The position numbers were made by a program, and so were the translations under genes. The notes beneath the pieces are model-generated. The model was not told the DNA's origin, made no database searches, and worked only from the letters and a program-made list of their open reading frames with translations. DNA of 64,000 nucleotides from Piedraia hortae CBS 480.64 (Eukaryota): contig MU005982.1 of NCBI GenBank assembly GCA_010093745.1, positions 124,001-188,000 of the forward strand. The letters are read 5' to 3'. This document shows positions 38,457 through 48,619 of the stretch, one piece after another (the stretch's first letter is position 1; every line of letters begins with the position of its first letter).

Positions 38457-38795
38457 ATGGGTGGGATAGGTTGCTTGCCTGTCTGATAAGTCGTAATGGC
38501 AGTAAAGCCGTGTCCATATTCCTTATCATACGCCTTTTTGACTCATGGAGGCTGGTCCGGTTGGTTTTGAACTGCCGTTGCCCGATGAACGTTAAAACGC
38601 TCGGTATTACATAATTGAGGCCGCCATCCACTTGTAGACACCCGGACATAGCGGATTTTCGATGTAGCAGAAATAGTTCGTGGGTTGCCAACAAAATGGT
38701 TAGATTCCAAACGTACTTTGTCCTTGAGGCTGTCTATTTGGGTTGAGCTTGTAATCAATTTTTCGGAATTTGGACCATTTGCTTTGGGTCGGTTG

Positions 38796-39156
38796 TGTTG
38801 GATTCAAGCATCGCCGCTAGCGCGTATGCGGGGCACTTGCATAGCACGTCAGCGATACCTACACTACCGGCTGCAACCTAGGTTTTCCCCTTTCAAGCAA
38901 GGGATTTTCCCCCAGGGTCATGTTATATGTGACATGGTGAATGCGCCCTGCTAGTGTACGACGTGACGTCACTGGCCCACCGGTGCAGTATTTTTATTCT
39001 GAATGTCCCCTCATTGGGTAGATAGTCATTCACACTGTCATATCGACATTGATATTGACTCATATCCATCTGCATTTGTCTGTCCCAGTTTCCGTCTATC
39101 ACTTCGTCCTTTTCGGGCCGCTGCGCACTCTCACCCACGGGAGTCAAATCGCTACA
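38796..39156 (+). mobile_element. LTR, family C (no TSD)
   Basis: TGTTGG...CTACA, collinear with 17055-17416. Confidence 0.88.
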
Positions 39157-39325
39157 CCGTTCCCCACCTCCTCACATCCCCTTCCGTCCGTACCGTCCGC
39201 ACCGTCCGTCAAAGCACTAGAGAGCGTAGTCACATTATCCTCAGAAAATTTTGTACCGCACGAAGGGGATGCCCTGAAAGATAAAATACCACAAGCACAC
39301 TGGAGTCACAAGGAAGTGTTCTCCA

Positions 39326-39557
39326 TGTTACGGAGCTCAGAGGAAAAGGTTCAATAAGTCCCAACAACGAGGACAATCCAAACTGCTATCTACTGGGATG
39401 CTAGGATACTATAAACCAATCCAGAAGCGCCGTCCATACGCGCGCGGTAGCGAGCGTAGCTATGAACAACTAGCAGGGCGTGTAGGCGTATCAAATTTTC
39501 TGTGCGCTTAGACCGCGCGCGTGTCGTCCCGAGCACACCCACAGCCTCACCGCAACA
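39326..39557 (-). mobile_element. LTR, family D (no TSD)
   Basis: Reverse complement of 55312-55539. Confidence 0.88.
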
Positions 39558-39559
39558 AA

Positions 39560-39765
39560 CATTATTTGAAATTCTTCATTAAAACCTTGCTAACGATCCA
39601 ACGATACTGTCGATACTAAAACTCTACTACTCACAGCCTCAACGGGGAGAGTCTTCATACGTGTCCTCTCTGAGGGGTGAACCTCCGAGAAGTAAAGCGG
39701 AACCTAGATCAAAGGCAAAATGTGTGCACTCAACTCTGATCAAAAGGTGAATGTTGAGTCTATCT
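39560..39765 (+). mobile_element. Family A fragment (flank plus LTR 5' part)
   Basis: Collinear with 11950-12150. Confidence 0.75.
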
Positions 39766-40044
39766 CTAATCGATCACTTGGCAGTAGCTCAAGCAGATAC
39801 TACCATGTAAGCCAATTATGGCATTATGTTCCCGGTAGTAAAGGGGTAGCAGAGACGACTTGTGTTCGGCTACTCTCGCACTGAAGTCAACAAGGTCCTG
39901 GTCGCCATCAACGCGTTCGTAAATGCTACGGATCACCAAACAGTACTGATGCTGGATCGCGAGGCCCGCACAGGATATTAATTGCAAAGAAAAGAACAAA
40001 GAAACAAAAGCAATCAACCTTATATCGTCATTCCGACCACAATC

Positions 40045-43000
40045 TTAAGCCCACATAGCCCTAAACTTAACGTTAAACTCAGCATGAAGCTTCTGAAAAG
40101 CCTTCAGCACATCCTTCAATCCCTCACCAGAGACATTGACACCGCTATCCAGCGCCTCGGCAGTTTCCCTTTCAAGACGCCGTGCATTCTCCGCATGCCA
40201 CTCATCCCTTTTCACGCTCTGCTCTTCCATATCAGCGACAGCCTCCCAGTCCTCAGTGTTCTTCGCTTTGCGCTTAGGCGCTGTCTTCGCTCTATCTGGA
40301 AGTGAGACTGCCGAGTCGGCGACACTCGTAGGGCCCGAGGCTTCGCTCGCTGCTGTTAAGTTTTCATCTGATGCCGCGCTATTTTCCTGAGACTCGTTGT
40401 GGATGTCCATCTCACCCATGACGTCTAGCATGTCCATGTCCGCACTGTCCCTGAGCTTCATAAAGTTTGCAAGACTGGTGATGATGGTGGCCAGGACAAG
40501 GGAATAGTCGTTTAGTAGGAACCAGATGTCGCCAGACCTGATTTTGTTGGCGGATGCGATGGTTCTAACGTCGCCGTGTTTATAGAAGTCGAGGAGGTAT
40601 GCGTTGAGGGGCTTATCAGACTCCCCTGGATAGAGATCTACATGGGGAATGACGGCTTCCTCAAGAAAGACGCCTTTACGTGTGGTGCTGCACAGATCAT
40701 GGATGTTAATGAAGTCATCCCCACGGCCTGAAAGGGAAACAAAAGGTGAGCGAATTTGACTGGGCTGAAGAGAGCCCGCGCCTGTTGTCTTACCGCCCAC
40801 TTTAAGAGAGGAAAGTGGTAGTGTGTCGTCTGGTTCATTAACATGCTGCTGGATAAAGGTCTGAACATAAGTTTCGTAAACGTTCAGCGTCTGCTTGTTG
40901 TGGTTTTTCAATATAGCCGCAGCCTTTTCAGGCATCGGTGGCAAGATAACAATGGATGATGAAGGCTTGATGACTTTAGCCAGATGTTCTTCGCTGGATT
41001 GGCGGCAATAGATACGGCCAAAGAGGTGCGACATGACCAACTGCAGCGTTTCAAGCGTCTGCTTCTCCTGTGAATTGATCTGGGAGCACAATTCGTGGAA
41101 GAAGCCCTCACGCATCAATGCATGGAAGGCAAAGGCTGAGTTTTCTGTAAAGTAGAGATGGCTAACCAGGCCGGCAAAATTTAGCGGGTCGCCTTTAGCG
41201 GAGAGCAAATGTTGGCGGCGAAGGTATTCAATGGAGAAACGCAAGTGATGCATGGTCTGGTCCTTGAATGAGGAGCCACCCATATACAACCTTGGCTGAG
41301 ATAGTAGTGCGTTGATAGTGTTGATCGCATGCCTGGAGCCTTTCGACTCGCTCAGAAGCGCGAACAACCTCAACACAAGTGACGTTGTGATGGGGAAATG
41401 ACCGTTTAGCGACGGCAGTCGGGAGCTGATGAGCCGACACACCTTTTGCTCACTCACACCCTGGAAGACAACATTACCAAGCAGGTCAAAGCCACGACGA
41501 CCGGCACGTCCAGCACACTGGCGGTAGTTTAGCGCAGTGAGGAAAACATTATCTCCTCCGAAAACGACCGTTTTGCAGGGCATATTGATACCCAGAGCCA
41601 GGGTACCGGTAGCGATGACTACCCGAAGGAAGCCCTTTCGGAATAAAATTTCCACGACCTGGCGGTACTTCCGATTCATCCCTGCATGATGGACACCGAC
41701 ACCGCGTTTGATGGACTTTATGAGCCACTCCGGAACGTTACGTTTTCCTAATTGGCCGATGTAGATATCCAACTCGGATCGCTGGACTTTGGTGTAGTCA
41801 GCAAAGTGGTAGCCAGGTTGCGGTTCATTGGGATCGAAGTTGTCCCACTGAGAACTGCCAATGTCTGCCTCATCACGGTCCTGGTCCATTTTTGACATTG
41901 GGTCATTGTCCTGATTTTTGGATTTCTTGCTCGAGATCTTTCTCGACTCATTCTTCTTCTTTAGCTTCTTGTACTCCTCCCAACGTTCCAACGTATTCTG
42001 CCAGGACGGCCCGCTCTTGCGCTGAGTCAATTCGCTATCCTCCAACTGCTGCACAACCTCTTGACAGACCCGTTCACAGCCGCTGCGGTCAAAGTTGAAT
42101 ATGATCGCAGGAAGCGCCTCATGAGCGTACAGTCTGCACAACAAGGGGAGTGTCGTCTTGCTGGTATCCTCAGCGTTGTCTATGACTTGAAGCTGTCCAC
42201 CTTCACCCGAACGGGTCTGCTGCAGCTCTTCACGCTTCGAACGACGGAAACTACCTTCCAGCTCACGCACGACTGCATCATACGGTGATGCCGCATCAGA
42301 CATCCACTTCCCAAGTAGCGTCCTTAGGTCTGCTTCCCACTTTAGGACATCCGCCTTGCGCAAGATGCCGGACGGCAGAGCCTTTTTGGGGCTCAAATTG
42401 TCAGGGACGGTGTAACTGCCCTTCTGGTACTTGTTCATGGCCTTCCACAATTCATAGGAGTCCCTAGGCTCGAGTCCGAAATCATCAGGCATTCCACGTG
42501 GTCGATCGACCAATGCAGCCACAGGATGAATGTGGTCAAATCCGGTGAGACCGTCCAGACCCAACGTGCCAAATGAGGATCTTTCTGGGAGACCTCGGAA
42601 TTCAAATTGCTTGGGGGGGACATAGTTGTACTTGCGCAGGTCCGAATATCGATGGGGATGCTGAACGGTAACCAACTCAACTCCGATGGCGCGTTGTGTA
42701 TCAGTCAACCATTCACCAAACTCGGTAGGATTTCCCACGGTGGCTGACAGAGCAATGATGGGACAAGGTGCCATGAGCAATAATTGTTCCCAGATAACTC
42801 CGTCTACGGTCTGTCCAATGGAATGGACTTCGTCAAAGATGATGCGCTTGATACGAGTCGACCATGAGTTGGCATTGGACGGTGCCAACAACATTATTTG
42901 CAGTACATGCGGTACCGTCACCAGTACTTGGCAGCCCGTTGGGTTGTTGATGCGATAGTCTCGCGTGTGGATACCCCAGACGCTTTTACCGCCGTATTGA

Positions 43001-45561
43001 AACGATTTTGTGTATCGTGCCTGAATCTCAGCAGCGATCTGGTTCACCAGTGCCTTGGTGGGAGCCACATACACAAGTACGCCTTCGTTATCTGCCTCTA
43101 GGACCTTTCTCATGGCATAGAACGAGATGAATGTCTTACCAGCTGATGTGGGCGCAACAACAAAGACGCTTTGGTCGGCATCGATGCAGTCTAGGACCTT
43201 TCTCTGCCATCCATCAGGGTTGAAATCTACTCTCGGATCTGGCTGAGAGTCAAAGCTGCGCTCAAGATAAGGGCCAGCATAGGTCAGTTGAAAGTCGGTA
43301 GAAGGCATTTGAACACCCAACGACTGTACCGAAGTTGGAAGAGGAAATGTAAAGGGCAGTTTTCTCTCAACCTTTGCCTCTGGGATGAAAATGGCCGGCA
43401 GTCCAAGCGTTTTCACCGTCAATTCCACACAGCCAGCGACCGTCTTGGTCAAGCCCTTGCTGGCGGCAACTTCCTGGCACAGCGACCAGACAAGGGCAGC
43501 AACCTCTAGCTTCTGCTGCTTCACTTCCTTCCGACAAACATCAATCCAGTATTTCACGACACAGTTCAGACGATATAGATTGACCTCGGCCTCGACGGCT
43601 TCCCTCATGTCACGCTTCAGGCTGGCTCGGTACTCCTTCGCTTTCTGATAACGTAGCCGGAATTCCTTTATAGCCTCAATGTTCTTGCACACTAAATGCC
43701 ACGCGTTAACGAGTTTGTGATTAGTGGCTTCGTCCTTCTTGGCTTTGTCCGCTGCGATTTTCTCGAGCATCGCTTGCTTCCCAGCATTTTTTTGCGCTGT
43801 TTTGCCGCCTGCTTTTTTCGGCTTCTTCTTGTTTCCGATGTCTGATGCTTCTGAGTCAGCTGGCGATTCAGGCACGCTCTTCTTTCCATCGACCTTGACA
43901 CGTAAAGCGGCGTTAGAAGCACCGACAATGATGGTCTCTGGCTCGAGACTTTTGCCGACGGCATTGGTCAAGCTTGCAGCGTACTTTTGCATGTCAGCCA
44001 TGAACATTTGGTTGCGCTTCGCCGCCCAGAATTCAGCTTTCTTAGACTCCGCAGTTGGAGGTGCCTTCACCACTATTGGCCGTTTGACACTGTGCCAGTG
44101 CGTGAGTTCCCGGAATATGCGATGGGATGTGCCGCTCAGCTTGTCACCCACAGTGTCATCGACGGCCAGATGAATTGACTCTAGGTGCTTGTCAAAGACG
44201 GCATTGGAGAATGGCAGAACCGCAGTATGCTCCTCGTTCTTTGGATCGGAAACTTGCTCGACTTTTGCAGAGGACAGACTTTTTCGTGGTGAAAGCTCAG
44301 TCTTGCACAGAATTTCGACTGCCTCAAGGAGACTGTTCAGGGTTTTTTGAGCCTCTGGGCTGAGATCCACTTCCGTCGTTGCAACAAGCAGAAACAGCCG
44401 GCCATCGACAGCATCTGCTACGTCACACAGTCCATCCCTGTGCCATGCAGAGCTACGAAGGATCGCATCAGCAACTTCTACGAGCCTACGAAGGAATTTG
44501 GTCGCCTCAGGAGCATCAACATTGGGCAACCGACGTGCTGTGAGCGAAAGATGACGGAGCAGCGCCACATGCTTCAGTAGTGCAAAACTCAACTCTTGCA
44601 AGCGCTCAATTGAGATGCTACTGTCGCCATTTCGCAGTATCTGACTGACAGCAAGCACTGCTAACTTCTGCCGCTCCGTCAGATCACTAGACAACGTTAC
44701 AAGTTCAGAAGAAACGTCGGCGGTGTGCAGCTTGCCGGGCGCTTGTAGAGTAGTTACGAATGGAAGGCGGTGCGAAGTTTCCAGGACCATGGTCATGACC
44801 TTGGTATCGACCCAACTCAGTCCATTCACGAGAGCAACATTGTAGCCAGCTTCAGCAAATGATAAGATAGCCTGCCGTAGTCGCACCCGGTGGGAAATTT
44901 CCTTTGCTGATGGTTCATATGCATCATACTTTTGCTTCGAGGTAGCACCGTCATGCATCATGATAAAGTACGGCGCATGCTCAGCAAGATGCTTCCTAAA
45001 CCTCGGCTCATCGTACGTCGTGAACTCGTAGACGTGAACGCCGTAGGTGGAGCTGGGCAGATGGACTCGCAAATGCTGGATGATGGCAGACCTAGCGAAG
45101 AGATATTTGGGCACATCAGCTTCTTCTGCACTGTCTGGTACACAGAGATCTCTGTTGCATTCGAAGAATGCCAAATCAAAGTTACACTTCCGCTTGATGA
45201 GGTTCTGCAGGAAATGCTCGACCAAGTAGACAGCATGCAACAGCTGAAACCCTTGAGAGAAGTCAAGAAGTGGATCTGAGAAGCAACGCAAGAGCATAGA
45301 GTCGCCTTCTATAAGAAAGGCCTCATCTCCGGCATAATCACCAACCAGATCAACCCGCTTGGAGTACAGTTTGCGGTACGCTTTCAGCACTTTTCCATCA
45401 TGGTCAAGGGCTTCCCCATTCTCTTCACCATCGCTTTCCTCGCTGTCTTCGCTTTCGTTGCTTCCGCTTTCGCTGGGTGCATCCCCTTCTGAACTCATCG
45501 TCTCAGGCTCTTCCTCGTCCCAGGTGTCGGCCACCTCCTCCTTCGGCGCCACGGCGCTCAT
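40045..45561 (-). CDS. Ski2-like DExH RNA helicase, DDX60-like
   Basis: 1838-aa intronless ORF; APTSAGKT, DEVH, SAT, HHAGM, TLALGINMP, QCAGRAGRRG; long N-terminal extension. Confidence 0.92.
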   Translation of the reverse strand: MSAVAPKEEVADTWDEEEPETMSSEGDAPSESGSNESEDSEESDGEENGEALDHDGKVLKAYRKLYSKRVDLVGDYAGDEAFLIEGDSMLLRCFSDPLLDFSQGFQLLHAVYLVEHFLQNLIKRKCNFDLAFFECNRDLCVPDSAEEADVPKYLFARSAIIQHLRVHLPSSTYGVHVYEFTTYDEPRFRKHLAEHAPYFIMMHDGATSKQKYDAYEPSAKEISHRVRLRQAILSFAEAGYNVALVNGLSWVDTKVMTMVLETSHRLPFVTTLQAPGKLHTADVSSELVTLSSDLTERQKLAVLAVSQILRNGDSSISIERLQELSFALLKHVALLRHLSLTARRLPNVDAPEATKFLRRLVEVADAILRSSAWHRDGLCDVADAVDGRLFLLVATTEVDLSPEAQKTLNSLLEAVEILCKTELSPRKSLSSAKVEQVSDPKNEEHTAVLPFSNAVFDKHLESIHLAVDDTVGDKLSGTSHRIFRELTHWHSVKRPIVVKAPPTAESKKAEFWAAKRNQMFMADMQKYAASLTNAVGKSLEPETIIVGASNAALRVKVDGKKSVPESPADSEASDIGNKKKPKKAGGKTAQKNAGKQAMLEKIAADKAKKDEATNHKLVNAWHLVCKNIEAIKEFRLRYQKAKEYRASLKRDMREAVEAEVNLYRLNCVVKYWIDVCRKEVKQQKLEVAALVWSLCQEVAASKGLTKTVAGCVELTVKTLGLPAIFIPEAKVERKLPFTFPLPTSVQSLGVQMPSTDFQLTYAGPYLERSFDSQPDPRVDFNPDGWQRKVLDCIDADQSVFVVAPTSAGKTFISFYAMRKVLEADNEGVLVYVAPTKALVNQIAAEIQARYTKSFQYGGKSVWGIHTRDYRINNPTGCQVLVTVPHVLQIMLLAPSNANSWSTRIKRIIFDEVHSIGQTVDGVIWEQLLLMAPCPIIALSATVGNPTEFGEWLTDTQRAIGVELVTVQHPHRYSDLRKYNYVPPKQFEFRGLPERSSFGTLGLDGLTGFDHIHPVAALVDRPRGMPDDFGLEPRDSYELWKAMNKYQKGSYTVPDNLSPKKALPSGILRKADVLKWEADLRTLLGKWMSDAASPYDAVVRELEGSFRRSKREELQQTRSGEGGQLQVIDNAEDTSKTTLPLLCRLYAHEALPAIIFNFDRSGCERVCQEVVQQLEDSELTQRKSGPSWQNTLERWEEYKKLKKKNESRKISSKKSKNQDNDPMSKMDQDRDEADIGSSQWDNFDPNEPQPGYHFADYTKVQRSELDIYIGQLGKRNVPEWLIKSIKRGVGVHHAGMNRKYRQVVEILFRKGFLRVVIATGTLALGINMPCKTVVFGGDNVFLTALNYRQCAGRAGRRGFDLLGNVVFQGVSEQKVCRLISSRLPSLNGHFPITTSLVLRLFALLSESKGSRHAINTINALLSQPRLYMGGSSFKDQTMHHLRFSIEYLRRQHLLSAKGDPLNFAGLVSHLYFTENSAFAFHALMREGFFHELCSQINSQEKQTLETLQLVMSHLFGRIYCRQSSEEHLAKVIKPSSSIVILPPMPEKAAAILKNHNKQTLNVYETYVQTFIQQHVNEPDDTLPLSSLKVGGKTTGAGSLQPSQIRSPFVSLSGRGDDFINIHDLCSTTRKGVFLEEAVIPHVDLYPGESDKPLNAYLLDFYKHGDVRTIASANKIRSGDIWFLLNDYSLVLATIITSLANFMKLRDSADMDMLDVMGEMDIHNESQENSAASDENLTAASEASGPTSVADSAVSLPDRAKTAPKRKAKNTEDWEAVADMEEQSVKRDEWHAENARRLERETAEALDSGVNVSGEGLKDVLKAFQKLHAEFNVKFRAMWA

Positions 45562-45816
45562 AACAGTTTGATTTTGGAGTTTTCGCTCAGAACAGATGGC
45601 ACTTTAATTCTCAAACTACTTTGTTTGCCTGGTGGTTTGACTGGTGTTTAGCAAAGTGACGTTCAAATTCTCCTTGCTTCATTAGGGTTAGGTTTACGTC
45701 ATCAGGGTCTGAACAATTACGTCACTAGGTGTCGATGACTTCATCTCCACCACCACCACCACCATGAGATCATTAAGTCGTTACTTCATTAGAATCGGCC
45801 CTAGGAATTTCAATGT

Positions 45817-46593
45817 TCATGACTCACTGCAGCTTTGCCACCTCCTTCCTCCCGCGCCATTCTCACTGCTGGACGAAAACCAATCATGGCTCGAAACTTC
45901 TGTCTTTACAAGTTTGGACATCAGATGGCTCTCTTGCCCCGATGATTTTCTCTTCTTGGCCAATTCGTGTGGCTTTGCTGCTGTTTTCATGCCATCGCGA
46001 TCACTCTCCTTTGTCGAGGCCATAGTGTCTTTGACCCTACGCTGAAGCTTCCTAGCCTGAGTCAAATCAATGGCCTCGTTTGTGACCCAGTCTGACAGTG
46101 AGGCCTCTTCGTTGCCATCTTCAGTCAATAACAGTCCACATAGCCCAGAAGCATGTCGCCTCAAGTCGTCATTAGGGAACAACTTTCCCAGTTTAGGAAT
46201 GAGGACGTTTGCATCAGCCTCTTCAAACCCAGACTCGGCCATTTTGAGCCCCATTAATGTCCTCAACGTCTCAAGATTCAATTCAACATCTTTATTGGTA
46301 GGCGCTGGAGGCGCTGGGTCATCGGGTCCGAGCCGAAAATTGATAAAGCGATCGATAAACTCATCCTTGTCTTCATAACTTACCCTTCTTCGTCTCTCAA
46401 CTGTCCCATCATCGAGGCTATTCCACCTATGCTTCAAGACCCGCAATCCTTTCGGTCCTTTTGTCTTTCTTTCGAGCTTGTTCGGCATTGCCCGACCCAG
46501 ATAATCCGTGCTAATGTGAGTATGGCTTAAACCCCAGGAATTGTAGATTTCATTGTTGAGGTCATCAAGGAGTCTATCGTAGAATCGATCCAT
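45817..46593 (-). CDS. Hypothetical protein
   Basis: 258-aa ATG-initiated ORF with protein-like charged/helical composition; no recognised domain. Confidence 0.6.
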   Translation of the reverse strand: MDRFYDRLLDDLNNEIYNSWGLSHTHISTDYLGRAMPNKLERKTKGPKGLRVLKHRWNSLDDGTVERRRRVSYEDKDEFIDRFINFRLGPDDPAPPAPTNKDVELNLETLRTLMGLKMAESGFEEADANVLIPKLGKLFPNDDLRRHASGLCGLLLTEDGNEEASLSDWVTNEAIDLTQARKLQRRVKDTMASTKESDRDGMKTAAKPHELAKKRKSSGQESHLMSKLVKTEVSSHDWFSSSSENGAGGRRWQSCSES

Positions 46594-47322
46594 TGTGGAG
46601 AATACAGCTGGTGGCGGGTTATGGTGATGGTTTACTTGCTGGATATTGCTGGCGATGTGTAGGTAGAGGTTTGGGTCAACATCTTACTGTTAAAGAGTCA
46701 ACGACGGCTGAGGGAAGGTGTGCTGCTCAACCAATTCGTCAGCGTGTGAGGTGTCAGCTGATCGCGCATGCCGTCTGGGGCGCTGACTGATGACGTGTCT
46801 ACAGAATATTCTATCGGTGGTGTGGAGAATGTTGAGATGCTTATCAAGCAGCAGCCATCATAGAATCATCCCGAATAGATTGGAGCTATGCAGATGGCTC
46901 TCCTAGAAGCGAAAGTGCATGAACGGGAGACAGCGATATGCTCCAAATCCTACGGTGAAGATTGGTCTAAGCAATAGAATGAGACGCGATACAGAGATGT
47001 TACCCGCCGATGAAACACCGAAGTTCTTTATCGGTCGAAACGCCTCCCCATCCGGAGCTGTCGCGAGTGACGACTGGCAGATAACTATCCTGCGGATCCA
47101 AACATCTTGCATTTTCTAAGGCCCTGATAGCAGTTGTGTTTGATTGTGTGTTTGATTGAATAGACGCCCAAGCTTGTCTGCAATGTCAGCAACACACCAT
47201 TGTCCTTCTCGGCGTCAGTCCAACGCGAAAGATTTGGATTTTGATCAAGAATTTCGCCAAGCTTTTCCCCAGGGCACTCGCAAACAATATCCTCACAAAG
47301 AAGTATCTCGATCGTATCAATT

Positions 47323-47534
47323 TGTTACCGAGCTCAGAGGAAAAGGTTCAATAAGTCCCAACAACGAGGACAATCCAAACTGCTATCTACTGGGAAGCTA
47401 GGATACTATAAACCAATCCAGAAACGCCGTCCATTCGTGCGTGGTAGCGAGCGTAGCTATAAACAACTAGCAGGGTGCGTCGGTGTATCAAATTCCCTGT
47501 GCGCTTCCTGCGCACACACAGCCTCGCCGTAGCA
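47323..47534 (-). mobile_element. LTR, family D (small internal deletion)
   Basis: Collinear with 39326-39557. Confidence 0.85.
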
Positions 47535-47913
47535 ATACTGTCGAACATGTATCGCGGAATTTCGGCAAATTCCAGCCCGTTGCTGGTTTGTCTTAGTCCA
47601 AGTCATCGAGGATATTCAGTGCTCCACAGCACTTCGTCTTGATGGTACATATAGCATCGCATTCTTGATGAAACCATTGGGAAGATAGGTCATGACCAGT
47701 TTCATCCCTTCCGCGTACGTGTTTCTACGGCCCCAACAACCTCCGGCAATGCGGTCTATATTTTTGTGAGTTGGTTGCCTCGCTTCTCCAATAGCAGACC
47801 TCCCTAGAAATCCAAAGGGTTTAGCATCAATGCCGTGCGATACGCGTAAGAGCCACTGAGGCATGCCCTCGGCGGAAACACGCATAATGCTGGCGGTAAT
47901 ATACATCGCAAAT

Positions 47914-48017
47914 AGTTGAGATGGGGAGAAGGCGTATATCCATGGGTGTATTATTAATGATACTATAGAAGTGAATCAAGGTGTCATCAGTCAGGTGTCA
48001 CGTGATACACCTCAACT
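47914..48017 (-). mobile_element. Solo LTR, B-related, AGTTGAG...CTCAACT ends
   Basis: Perfect 7-bp terminal inverted repeat, TSD CAAAT (47909-47913/48018-48022); shares TCACGTGA...TCAACT end with family B. Confidence 0.8.
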
Positions 48018-48619
48018 CAAATCAAGTCCTTCAAAGTGACCCAAGACAACGAACCTGAGATAGTTTTACTATAATATGTGTATATGAGTGCGTGGAGGCA
48101 AGAAACACAGAGCGCGAGAATTTGGACTGTTTGCATTGCTTGATCCGTGCGCACTGTCCGACCGTGCTCATAAAAATTACACATGTAATCACTTGACGGT
48201 CTAGGCAGCCGGAGTTGACCCAGATATTACTCAAGCATTAGCTAAAAACCCTCTCCTGATGTCCAATGTTACAGCCCCAAGAAGGCTATCTCCTGAACAA
48301 GCGTGCCATTGCGGCAATGGCGCAAAGGTAGATTTCCTGTCAAAGGCTCCAGATGCAACAACGAACATGCGATGTACATTTCTCCTGTGGGCTAAGGAGA
48401 TAAAATTCTTTGGGCCAAACACGTACAAGCTTGATGCCACCCTGTCGGCCTTAACGTGCCAGGCACACCTCCAAAACAGATCCGATATTGTAAAGCCGAA
48501 CAATGCGCGGCTCCAGAATTTGCCGTGCCTTCCTCCACATAGAGTAGTGGAATATCAGTAGTATAGGCTGCTTTGACTCACATAAGTCTCAGCCACGGAA
48601 AAAAGAAAAAAGAACTGTT

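Noticed and set aside
45682..45692. TTAGGGTTAGG (CCUAACCCUAA on the minus strand) as the TER template; similar motif at ~24352-24361
   Set aside because: It lies about 3 kb 3' of the CR4/5-like region of copy 2. Both motifs sit just upstream of protein genes, so promoter teloboxes are more likely.
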